This document shows, piece after piece, positions 13,801 to 25,113 of a stretch of 64,000 bases of DNA. The position numbers were made by a program, and so were the translations under genes. How positions within the stretch are numbered: the stretch's first letter is position 1; the number at the start of each line of letters is the position of its first letter. The DNA comes from Lingula anatina (Eukaryota > Animalia > Brachiopoda): the NCBI GenBank assembly GCA_051362555.1, contig CM120641.1, positions 15,686,001-15,750,000 on the forward strand. The letters run 5' to 3'. The notes under the pieces are model-generated. The model made no database searches. It saw only the letters and a list, made by a program, of their open reading frames with translations, and was not told where the DNA came from.

Positions 13801-13806
13801 GAATAA
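4818..13806 (+). CDS. DCST2: DC-STAMP domain-containing protein 2-like (SPE-42/DCST2 sperm fusion factor) with C-terminal RING-like finger
   Basis: 16 phase-consistent exons: 4818-4936, 5273-5367, 5520-5702, 6034-6204, 6479-6580, 6730-6850, 6986-7062, 7845-7910, 8105-8318, 8637-8794, 9078-9242, 9452-9619, 10238-10478, 10671-10798, 11316-11415, 12933-13806. Motifs FLSLGMAFSLHVRCLVLLMIPQIFSSKGRTFLL, GPMHNF, AACG, YLTKDKFDNFY, LRLRHVIVGCYY..RE.ERAIWLYN and Cys-rich CLCC...CSTSDC..YCQDCF....CTVC followed by DSSEEE match recalled DCST2 features. Confidence 0.9.
9662..9888. mobile_element. Short MITE (TA-flanked, Tc1/mariner-type), same family as 11462-12755
   Basis: TIR GGGGAGACCGGGGCTAGTTGGACCCCGGGGTAA / TTACCCCGGGGTCCAACTAGCCCCGGTCTCCCC with TA on both sides. 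Confidence 0.85.
11462..12755. mobile_element. 1.3-kb non-autonomous DNA transposon (TA-flanked) in the last DCST2 intron
   Basis: TIR GGGGAGACCGGGGCTAGTTGG / CCAACTAGCCCCGGTCTCCCC, TA flanks, internal GGGGC(T/A)AGTTGG repeats near 11830 and 12510-12570, no transposase ORF. Confidence 0.85.
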
Positions 13807-14126
13807 ACCTTCAACTTATATGCACACTGCCATCCTTGCCAACAAGAAAAAATTAACAACTTTCATATATATCCAAGGCTGGGGTATAATTTAATGTGAA
13901 AACGCTTTGTTTTTTGAAATATAGATCTCACATAATGGTGGGTATAATCTGATTACTTCATATTCACAAAATCATGGATTCTATTATAACTTTTAATGAT
14001 TAAGAAGAGCAAAATCACATAATACTAATGGACGCAAAATAAATTCCAAAGTGACTAAAATAAAAATCAAAATCTCATTAATGATCGTCTTCTTTTAATA
14101 GCTGCACAGTACGTATTCTTCAGTCT

Positions 14127-17100
14127 TTAGGGTCCTGTTGGAATAAGCTTTGGTTCCAGCACTTCAGCCAAACGGATTGATACCTAGAAAAAGATTAATG
14201 AATGGATTTCAAGGCAAAGGTTTATATTTTAACAATTTATAAAATGACATACTTTGGCTTGAATGCCTTGAAATTTATTCACAAAATGACTTATCAATAC
14301 GGCTTCTAGAGACAGCTGGGGATTTTAATAAACAGCCTATGAACATATAGGTATTATTTTTTCATATCATCACTCCAAGCAAAACCTACCACATTTTCTG
14401 TTGGTATATTAGTGAACACTTCACTCTCATCTTCTATGACAAGATCAAATCGACCATAATTTTTCTCTGCAAAAAGAACTTTTTTAATTGAAATAAACAA
14501 CTTACACAATAAATAGCTATATATATGATAAAACTGCATCATGTGAAAGAAAAGCCAAATTCTGTTCAAGTATTCATTTTTATTTTAATGGTTTTATTTT
14601 ACTGAGATCAAACTAACCTATCAAATAACTCAAAGTAAATTTAACCATAACAATTCTGAAGAATAAAAATGACCACAAATGAGCTTTCAAATAATTATAA
14701 TGCATTTTTTGTACCCATTTTATCTTACTTTCTGTTTTTGTGAGCAATTCCAATTTAACCACTGTATCTGATGGAGAATAATCTAGAACACATGCTTCCT
14801 AGAAATACAAATTAACATATATCCAAAATGCAATTTTAAGACTCATCAATCAAATATGTTTATATAGGAATTTTTTTTTAATGATAGGGTTTATCTGGAC
14901 ATATTTATCAAGACAAAATGTAGGAGATTTACATGAAAAATCATTTTAATACATCTTTAAAGAAAACAAAAGATCTGTCACATGAACCACTACTTCACTT
15001 TAAATACAAAAAAATTGTTTGTAAAAAAATATTTTTGTATAACCTTTGTAGTGTTTATGTCTGATCTGCATGCCATTTACCTTATACTTCGATACCACAG
15101 GAGTGTAATCTTCTGATAATTCAAGAACCTAATAAATCAATATGTGAATTTGTCATAATAGTTTGCATTCCAGTACATAAGACTATTCATCTGAAATAAT
15201 TGCACTTAAATTACCCAGAATAATATTCCTTTAATTCTCAAAATTACATTTTTAGACTGTATATGAAGCATCCACTAAAATATATGTTCATGATTTACCT
15301 GAATTTGATAGCACTTTTCTTTTATGCGAGAACAACATGACACTTTCAAGTAGCATTTGTCATACAAGTATTCTCATCATGTTGACATTTATCTTTAGCA
15401 TACTTCACAAAGCAAGTACCTTATAAGCAATGGTATCCCCATTTCTAGGTGGGCCAAGTAATGAAGGGAGAGATGTGTAATCTCTTAGTGGTGCAGTATT
15501 CTCTTCCAAAATACTTACATCTTTTGGTGTTGCTCCGTTCTAAAAATGAAGAATATATAACCAGTACTATTTCTGCCTCCAGTGCTATTTTTGCCTCCAG
15601 CAACAGCAATCATTTAAATTTAACTTGTATAATGTATGATGTTTGTCTATTAAAACTTTTTTGTGAGCACTCTTAATCTAAACTCGTACAATGTTTCCAG
15701 TCATGTTTACGCCCTACTCAACCCATCTCAGAGGGACGCACCTACTAGTATGTGGCACTCTGATTTCAGGGGGCAGTCTACTAGAAATTAATCATGATTC
15801 AGAGATGACTAAGACCCCATTCCCATACCCAGATCAATCCAACAGGATCAACCCATCTCCAAGGGTGTTTCTTGCTAAATTGCTTTCAGCTTAAGTGGCT
15901 TAGATGTCTGGCACTGATGCTGCTGAAAGAGAATTAATTACCCCCTAACAGCTTCAGTAGGCATGCCAAACATCAGAGCCGCTTAAACTGAAAGCAATTT
16001 AGCTAGAAACTCCTAGGATGTGGGTCGATTATGCTAGATTGATCCTGGTGTGGGAATGGGGTCTGAAGATTTTTGATCTTCAGGTTAAAAGCAACTTTTG
16101 ACTTATTTTTTTAACTGTAAAATGACCCACTGTCACACCTACAGCCAATGTAGGCTACATGACATGCCATTTGACTGGCTCCCAATGTGGAGTTTTAACA
16201 TTGCCAGAATGCTAGTTAGATGCTCATATGTAGTAAGGTTTACCTACTAAACTGGACACTGTCACACATGATATAAAAGTTTCCCAGTCTACATGTATAT
16301 GTGCTATGAATATCACAAAGGGTTTCTTCTTACCTGCATAATAACTGATGAGTTTGTTTGTGTTGATCTCAGCTGCTGTTCTTTGGTCATCTCATAAAAT
16401 CCTGCCTTTTGTTTTCTTCTGTCAAATACCTACAAAATGCATCATTGATTAAACGCTCAACTTGAGCCCATGAAAGTTAGGATTCTAGATTCTTGGTTTT
16501 AAGCAAAAGAAAATACCAAAATAGCTGTTCTAAATTTTTGCTTTCAATCTTCAAATAATAAATGCAAATGCTTACGGATGATAATACAAAAATTCAGACC
16601 TGGAAACCACCAACTTGTTTTCCATTTACTTGAGCATCTGTTGACCTTGTAGGTGTACCAATTAGATGGGAAGGAGATGAACCAGTAGCCAGTGGTACAG
16701 ATTGAATATCACACCCAGGTATTGCAGAAAAATGATCATGTTTCTTATTTTGCTTGTCTAGGCTTTCAGAAACCAAATCCCCTTTGGACATGCTTAATAT
16801 CTCAGGAGATTGTGCAGGTTTACTATCTGTAGTTAGTATCTGATTATTTTGTGGCATTGATGGTCCATCAGTTGATTCACAGGTTGGTGTCATTTCATCA
16901 TCTGTATCAAATACTATGTGTTGATTTTGTTCACCATCTTTGAGACCATTTTTTGAAATGTGATGCATCTTAGAATCATACACCACCACTGAGCCTGCTG
17001 GACACACCTGATTTGGTGCTTGATCAGCTATTATATTATTGTTTTTCTTCCTATGGCGCTTCCTTTTTCTCCTCCTTTTTTTGTTTGAATTGTCACCTGC

Positions 17101-18986
17101 TGTGGATTCTGCTTGATCTTCATCTGCTTCTTCTCCTGAACTCTTCCCCTCATTGTGGTTATTTGAACAATGGTTATCAGTATATTCTGAGTCTGCTTTT
17201 TTCTTCTTTGACTCACAAATATCTGCTTCAGAGATGCTCTGGATATTGCCAGTATCAACATCACTGCTTTTCCTTTTTGACCCACTGTTCTCATGGATTG
17301 CACTTCTTTTTGCATTACTTTCTGCATTTAGGGTATCTTCAGTTTCAACATTTGTTTTGCAAATACTTCTTTCTACTGATGTCCTCTTTTTCTTCTTTTT
17401 CTTCTTGAGAGTATTTTCATCCCATGTCTGGTTGCAGGATGCAATGATAATCTGTTCTTGTTTTTCACTGCATTTGATACTAGGAAGAAAGTTAACAGCA
17501 GAGTAAAATAGGAAATGACAATTGGCAAAATGTGAAAATATTTTAACAAAACAAGGACGGTAAAACAAGGGTTCAGTCCACCGTCTATGGACCTTGGTCA
17601 TGTGAATTGGTGCAGAATTTGGCTCTTTTAGCAGTAAAAGGCTCATGGACCTTTTGTGTTGAATGGGGTAGCTTGAGACAGAGATTGGCGGTTTGGGTTG
17701 TACATCTTTATGGATCTATCTTCTTACTGGTTGGCACACTTCCAATAATGGAGGCTTGCTGTTCACCATTCTGGTGATCAAGATCCATAGATGTTGGACT
17801 GAAATGTCGTGATTGACTAATGTCTCCAAGTAAAAAAATAATGGTTTTATCGGGGTCATGTCGATACTCCCCCGCACCATTACTCCCCCGCATCGATACT
17901 CCCCTGCACTGATAATCCCCCATGAGTAATTTTTTGTATTATGCGTATCGATACGACCCCACACCGATAGATCGGTGTGACTGAAATATGCAATACACCG
18001 CAATACAGCGCAACACAGTGCAATACACTTCAAAAATCCAGTTGCAATTACACAAAAGAAATGACCATTCCCAGCAAAGCAGGGTGATATAAAAACAACC
18101 TTTATTGCTAGGTAAGTAATATCGTTGATATAACTTAACATATCAGCAAGCCTTTTATATTGTCCGGTTGGCAGCCATGTTGGTGAGTAGCTCTTCTTGA
18201 ATATATTACTGGCCAAGAAGAGCTACTCGCCAACATGGCAACTGACCAAACAATGAAAAAATTGTCAAGTTGTATCAGCAATATTAATTACTATGTACTA
18301 TATTTTGCTTTTATATCGCCCTATTTTATTTGAGATTACCCTTTCCTGTGTTTACTTGCAACTGGACTTGTGTTATCAAGTGTATTGCACTGTGTTGCGC
18401 TGTATTGCAGTGTATTGCGCATTTCAGTCACACCCCGATAGATCCCCGCAATGGTACGTATCCCTGTACCGATACTCCCCCGCACCCGATACATCCCCGC
18501 ACCGATACTGCCCCTTAGTATATCTGTAATTGTGGGGGAGTATCGGTGCGGGGACGTATAGGCATGTAACCGTTTTATCATCCTAAAAAACAATTTCATA
18601 GTAAATCAAGGACGTTTTATTTTCATTTCTTTTCTCAATTCTCAATTCAATTATCAACGTTGGAAGCAAGCACGAAAATGACAGATAACGCAGTTTGATG
18701 TTAGTATTTTAACAGAAATGTATACGGGCGTCACTTACTCTACTGCATCATTCTCCCTGAAGATTTTTGTGCTCTCCCACGTGGGTATAACGCAGTCCTC
18801 AACTTTTAACACGAGGTCTGCTTCTTCTAGGTTAAATTTTGATTTCAAATCTCTTATCATGTGTGTCACAGTTGGGTGTGTTTGAGGTTCAACCAAGTAC
18901 CAATAAATTCCTGGTAAATGGTTTTCAGAAAGAAGGACGTTCTTGAAAGAAAGCTTTACACGAACGTTTTTCGTTGAGGCTGCCAT
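14127..18986 (-). CDS. COIL: Coilin (Cajal body scaffold)
   Basis: 8 exons: 18986-18739, 17479-16600, 16429-16334, 15539-15420, 15128-15081, 14798-14729, 14466-14390, 14183-14127. N-terminal domain MAAS..VRVKLSF...WYLV...IPTWESTKIFRENDAV, a Lys/Arg-rich disordered middle, and a Tudor-like C-terminus RDYTSLP..GPPRNGDTIAYKVLELSEDYTP.VS.YKEA...GRFDL...EPKLI. Confidence 0.9.
15813..16063. mobile_element. PIF/Harbinger-type (Tourist-like) palindromic MITE, copy 1
   Basis: TIR GACCCCATTCCCA / TGGGAATGGGGTC with long internal inverted arms, flanks TAA/TGA. Homologous to 48222-48461 and 34058-34141. Confidence 0.8.
17851..18572. mobile_element. Foldback-type non-autonomous element in coilin intron 1
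   Basis: Imperfect TIRs (CGGGGTCATGTCGATACTCCCCCGCACC versus the reverse complement of GGTGCGGGGACGTATAGGCATGTAACCG), subterminal GATACTCCCCCGCACC repeats, internal inverted arms centred near 18205, and TTTTAT direct repeats on both flanks. Confidence 0.75.
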
Positions 18987-19040
18987 GTTTACTTCTAATT
19001 ATCTTCCTTCAAACAAAAAAGAGTAAGCGCGCATTCCAAG
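18987..19040. promoter_or_regulatory. 54-bp bidirectional interval between coilin and B9D1 start codons
   Basis: Coilin ATG at 18986 (-) and B9D1 ATG at 19041 (+). Both start codons sit in AANATGGC (YY1-like) contexts. Confidence 0.7.
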
Positions 19041-19437
19041 ATGGCAACAGCGACACCAGCGGGAACTGGCTCGGTGTTTTTACTGATGTTGAGTGGTCAA
19101 ATAGAAACCGCTGAGGTGAAGTAGTAAATTGAATAACATAAAACACGTACCTTCACGTCATACTGTTTTCTGTAGTCTATTGACACGAAGTAAATGCTGG
19201 CGTGCCCTGCCACCGACTACTACCTTAACGTTTTAATAAAACGAGTTCGAATGACACATGTAATTTAAAATAATGCATGAAGTGTTTATCACTGTATTAA
19301 TTTCAGATTCTGTTCATTTTGAATGTTCACGTTTTTATACCAAGACTCGATTGAATGTTTCAGTTCCCAGAATTTGATGACATATTTTGTAAATACAGCT
19401 TTGTTTATGGCCAGGACTGGGTTATAACATCAGTAAG

Positions 19438-19489
<52 letters not shown>

Positions 19490-22400
19490 GATAATTTTTT
19501 TTTTTGTAAAAGAAAAGATCATCAAAAGGGAAAAATCTAGAAATTGCATCTTTAGTAATTATATGTGCCTATGTCGACTGCTTGGTTTTCCAACCCACAC
19601 ACCTCAGCTTATTTTAGTTTATTATCACTGTTGTCTCATATATCCAATTAGAACCAAAAGAAGCATTATTTGCAACTTGAGAATCATTGCATGTTTTCAT
19701 GTATTTCATTGATTTTTGTATATATCTTAAAAGCTTTTGAAGCACAGCAGGTGAATGTTAAAAGGTGAAATTGGCAATATTAGTTTGTCAGGTTAAGCCA
19801 TTGTTGTGACATCACATCACATGGTTGAGCTAGCCATGTCAAAACATCTTAATTGCATTTAAAAGGGGGAAAACATAGGAAAATTTGCGATCATCCAATT
19901 GCATTGAGGCTTATTGAGGTAGAAAGCACAACATCTTTGCTCTATCAACAAAACTTAAGTTTATATAATATATATATAGTGAGTGTAGGAAAATTTTTTG
20001 AATTAATATAATGCAATTGTCACATAAGGCTTTAAAGAAAAAGTGATTAATGCTATCAGTTACAGTAAAATGTTTTATGCCACTGATTTGTCTACTTAAT
20101 CTTTTAATTAAATTGTGATAAAGATTTACAGAAATAGCCTTATTTTGGCACGAATGAAATTTCCACCTATTCTGATGATCAGTGTAATTTATGGAATTTT
20201 CAAAAAATATCCTTAAATAGTTATTACTTACATTAAAAAAGAAGTACTTTTCCCTACATTGACTTCTTAGAATCACATCTGATATTTAATGCTACCTTTG
20301 TGATATTTTTTCAGGGCTTGGAGGAGGGCATGACACAATTTACCAAAAAGAGTCGTGACGAACGTCAGGTGTTTGTGTGGAACTTTCCACTAGACGTGAC
20401 ATTTAAGAGCACTAATCCTTATGGCTGTAAGCATGCCCTTTTGCATTTATGATGTTTCAAGCAAGGAAAATTTCTATGAAATATAATAGTGATTATTAAA
20501 TCTCTCCAAACTGTAATACAATTACTTACACAAAAATGATGCTTGTTTTAGAGTATTTTGGAATAAAAATGCATTAGTCAGTAGTGAATGGAAATGTTTT
20601 TTACAAACATATTTTAAGGAAAAATGTATTGTCATCAGCTGCTAGCATGTAACATTCAAGATGTTTAATTCTGTATACAGCAACTGTTATTGTTTATCAT
20701 TGTTTATGATCTGTATGGTGATATCTTTTACAGACCAAAAAATTGTTTTTGGCAGTGTTGGTTTGTCTGTCTGTTTGTTTGTTAGCAACATTATGGAAAA
20801 ATTGTTGATGAAATTTTTAGAAAATGTTCAAAATAGCCATATCTTCAAGTGAATATTTTGGCAGTATCCACTTTTCCTCTAGATGCAATAATATTACTTT
20901 AGGGCTTTCTTTCTGTTAATATTATTTCCATTTTTCCATCAATTTTCATTTCTCCAGGGCCGCAGCTTGTGCTCAGTGTTTATGGGTTTGACCTATTCAG
21001 CAGAGATGTGGTGCGTGGCTATGGTGCATGCCACATACCCTTCACTCCAGGAAGGTAAATAGTAAATGTTTGGGGAAAAGTTGATATTTTGATTTAATGC
21101 ACTAAAATAATTAACAGTATTTTATGATTAGCATAGATAAAAGGTCAGATAAACTTTATATATATTAACTGATCACGTGTTCGACAAACGTAATATTGAA
21201 CGATGACATAACTGATGGATTTTGTCCAATCACAGTAAAGGAAACATAGTGACATTTATTTCTTGCAAATACATGTGTATAAGCAGCTGGATTGATAATG
21301 TCTTGTCTTGTGTCATTACCATTATAATTGAACAACATACCACATAACCTGCTAGCTGTGTTGAGGATACTTATAGTATTATAGTATTCCTTTGATTTTA
21401 TGATTCTTATTTCAGACACAAACAGAGAATCGGAATGTTTGTTCCTGAATCAACATCAAAACTTCAAAAACTGACAGCCTGGATAACAGGGCGCCGTCCA
21501 GAGTATGTAGACCCCAGGGTTTTAGCACAGGGAGAAGGTAGAGAAGGTTAGTATGGACCATAGTATGCAGATATTTGGGTATCATCCCAAGGAGGGGGAA
21601 GAGAAGCTAAGTATGGGTCATAGAATGTAGACTAGGGTATTATGCCAGGAAGAAGGCTTTTTTTTTAAATTGATAAGTGGAATTTGATGAAGAGATTGTT
21701 AGGTTGAATTTTCTGTAAAGGCCTTAAGTCCAGAAAAGTATATGTAAATGAGCCACACAGTGGTGCACCACAGCATGATGTGATGAGATTGTTGAGGAAA
21801 TGCTGTATTGGCTTTGCACACGACTGTTAGAATCCACATGCCAATTAACTACAAAAATAGTTGATTGTTGCATGTTACTAAATAGAAATCGATGTTTCCT
21901 AGAATTCATCAGGTCTGCTCAATTTTCAGTCATTAATGATAACAAGGGAGTACAGTGGCATATAGAAATTGTCTTTACTGGAATGTAAAAGAAAAAATTA
22001 AGCCACTGCAGCCAAAATTTCCACAGTCAATTATAACTGTTTTTTTACAAGATGAAGTTGATACCTCAATTTTTGACAACAACTTTCAATTTTATTTTAT
22101 TTTTCAAATACTCTAGTGATAAGGCCACACTTTTTTATTTTTATGGATGACATCCTCTGGGTACCCCAAAATTGGTGCGAGAGGGCGAAAAAAAAAAAAA
22201 CCGTCCAAAAAAAAAAAAACTGCTTAAGTAAAGGAATGCTGTCAGTACACAGCTGGAAACACAAACTTAACCACAGAAACACGTATCAAACTAACAATAT
22301 GTCTTTATCCATGCTCTCAAAATATTAAAGCATTGTGAATACTTCGTAGAAATGTAAAAAAAGTCATGAATTGATATACTTCATATTACCAAATCTATTT

Positions 22401-24293
22401 AAGGTTATTTCATGCATTCATTTGGTATAGCAATCAATAAGACAAATATCAATCAAACAGTGTGTCTTTATTTGTATTCTCAGAATATTAAAACATTTTG
22501 AACACTTCACAGAAATGTTTAAAAAATGATGCAAAGATATGCTTAATACTACCAAATCTATTAAAGGTCATTTCAGACGATGCCATTTTATCAACTTCAA
22601 CTCACACGAAGCAGCTAAACTGTCAGGTGGCCTGTCCGCCCTTCAGCCCACCAAATACCTCGACGCCCTTGTCGACCCTTTTTTCGCTACAGAAAACCTG
22701 GTATTAATGTGCTGCTTTATACAGAATGTCACAGAAATGTTTCGGCCGCCGCCAGCCTTTCGCACAATTGTAAAAAGGTGATATCTCCATGCCCAATATC
22801 AATGGCATACCAATCCAAAACGATGGCGCCCGTTCTCTTTATGACTTTTATTGTTGTGTAATTTGAAAGTAATCCTAGAGATGAATTTGACAGCAAAGTG
22901 GCCGCATTTCCACGTGGCGAAAATACGCATGCGCAGAAAGCTCATTTCCTTGCAAATTCAATAACAACGTTTGCGACAACCGACTTCGTTGGGGGCTGGG
23001 GGGGGGGCTTTTTTTTTTTTTTTTTTTGGAGAACGGGCGAAAATCCATGCGCGCGCAGGATGTCATCCATAAAATTAAAAAAGTGTGGCCTAAGTTGAAG
23101 TAAATGATGAAAAGAGTTATATAATTATTATATATTTCCTTAATGCATTAACAAATTTTTGTTTGAAAGGAGACATACTTGTATTTAAAGATTACCTCCA
23201 TGGGATTTCCCTACCAAAATTTTTTTGGGGTAAGGAGCAATTTTCTCCTACTCTCGAATGATTGCTTGACTGGCGTTGGCACTTCGATTTGAAGTCTTAT
23301 TCCATTTTAAATTTATGTAAGTTTAAAATGACTGATCAGTCAAATAGGACATCTGCCATCAATGGTCTTCACTGGGCATGGCCTTGTTTTCACACATGAA
23401 AATGACGAGGTGTTTTGTATCACCTCCCTGTGCCGAGCATAATACAAATGTGAGCTACCTAGAAAAAGCAGTTGAAAAGGCTGAGAATATGAGGAAAGGA
23501 AGTTACCCTTCAGAAAACTTCTGTTTAAAGGGTTTTATCATCTTTGAGGTCTGAATTGGGAATTATTAGGAGCTTTGCAGGATCTAAATATTATTGTGGG
23601 GGATTTTCAAATGCGTGGAGAATACCTTTAATGCATTCCGTGTATTACATTTCTGTAGGAGATTGAAGGGAGGAGTGTTGCTACCATTTGCAGTGAAATG
23701 ACAACCACTGGAATGTTTTTGAAACTTTGACATTAAAAACTTAAGAAATACTAATAATTCAGACTTGAAGGAAAACCGAACCCAACCTCTGTCTCTTCTT
23801 AATGCCCCATACATCATGTTTGGTGATGGGAGCATTTGAAACAAGCTGTATTACTGTCTGATGTGGCTGACAATTATCTGTGGGTCATTTGCACATAGAA
23901 AAACACACACAAAACGCACACACTGCTGAGACTAACAGGAAATGGACAGACATAAAGAATAAATTAAAGATAAATAGCTCACTTATTTCCACATCAAGGC
24001 AACAGAAGAAATGACCTATCATTCAGATGATTTATTACCTCAAAGAGAATGAGGCATGAAGACAAAGGAAATGGGAAAAGATAAATTTTTATCTGAGCTG
24101 AGACGGTAACCTTTACCTGACATAGGACACAAGTGCTAGATTGGATTCAGAGTGATTTCAGAGTACTAGGAGGAATTGCTTAAGGTCATAATCTGCAGTA
24201 TAGGTTCATTTATAAACATTTTACTAATTTTTTTATGACCATCATTTCCAAGATTAGAATTGAATATCCATACCAAGTTTCATTTATTTCCAA

Positions 24294-24325
<32 letters not shown>

Positions 24326-25113
24326 ATGATAAAGAATTATTTTGTAAAAGAAAAGATCATCAAAAGGGAAAAATCTAGAAATTGCATCTTTAATACTAGT
24401 AGTTATATATGCCTATGTCGACTGCTTGGTTTTCCAACCCACACACCTCAGCTTATTTTAGTTTATTATCACTGTTGTCTCATATATCCAATTAGAACCA
24501 AAAGAAGCATTTATATTTGCAACTTGAGAATCATTGCATGTTTTCATGTATTTCATTGTTTTTTGTAAATATATATATATCTTAAAAGCTTTTGAAGCAC
24601 AGCAGGTGAATGTTGAAAGGTGAAATTGGCAATATTAGTTTGTCAGGTTAAGCCATTGTTGTGACATCATATCACATGGTTGAGCTAGCCATGTCAGTTT
24701 ATCTTTGATATTGGCGTAACTGTTTACTGTGCTTGCATAAGACTGGATGTAGAAAATTGTAAATCCTTTGAAAAAATTTTTTCTAGTAGAAGATTGAATT
24801 TAGTCATGCATAATTTGTTAATCATTTATTTATTTATTTATTTATTTATTACAGTAACAAGAGTTTGTGTCCATGGAAGAAAGATTTAATCCAGCCATTC
24901 GTGTGTTATTGGTTATACTTTTATTTATTTATTTATTTATTTTTATTTCTTTCAGTAACGAGAGTTCGTTCCCAGGGCTATGTGACTGTGTCGTTCAGTG
25001 TGGTGATGAAGGACATGAAAAAGCTAGGTTATGACGTGACTCCATCAGATGTGGTGAACCCTACATTACCAGACACAGGAGGGATGGGAGACACTATCTC
25101 ACCACAATCATGA
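19041..25113 (+). CDS. B9D1: B9 domain-containing protein 1 (ciliary transition zone, MKS module)
   Basis: 6 exons: 19041-19115, 19364-19432, 20315-20426, 20958-21054, 21416-21546, 24956-25113. They give [33 protein letters not shown]...GLEEG...[27 protein letters not shown]...VVRGYG...[27 protein letters not shown]...KDMKKLGYD. Confidence 0.95.
19440..19841 (+). repeat. About 400-bp segment duplicated within B9D1 (intron 2 copy; second copy 24299-24696)
   Basis: Near-identical sequence from a (CT)n tract through GAGCTAGCCATGTCA. ORFs 19488..19712 and 24260..24568 share the same spurious translation. Confidence 0.9.
22123..23090. mobile_element. Non-autonomous DNA transposon with TAA target duplication (PIF/Harbinger- or Zator-like)
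   Basis: About 35-bp TIR GGCCACACTTTTTTATTTTTATGGATGACATCCT / AGGATGTCATCCATAAAATTAAAAAAGTGTGGCC, with TAA at 22120-22122 and 23091-23093. Confidence 0.85.
23185..23590 (+). repeat. Old dispersed repeat family (related copies at about 28360-28645 and 58868-59030)
   Basis: Shared collinear blocks GATTT.CC..C.AA.AT, GCAA(T/C)TTTCTC, ATTCCATTTT and AAATGAC in three places. Confidence 0.6.
24299..24696 (+). repeat. Second copy of the B9D1 intronic duplication (intron 5)
   Basis: Aligns with 19440-19841 apart from a few small indels. Confidence 0.9.

Noticed and set aside
17013-17506. Plus-strand ORFs of 131 and 117 aa
   Set aside because: Antisense shadows of the low-complexity coilin exon 2.
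17851-17920. Short direct repeats resembling a CRISPR array
   Set aside because: No unique spacers, eukaryotic context, and they are subterminal transposon repeats.
17708-18599. Cys-rich ORFs (CIALCCAVL) on both strands
   Set aside because: Translations of the foldback element's internal repeats.
21893-21913. Minus-strand CTGATGA...GAAAC hammerhead-like match
   Set aside because: Only 7 nt lie between the core segments, with no stem II.
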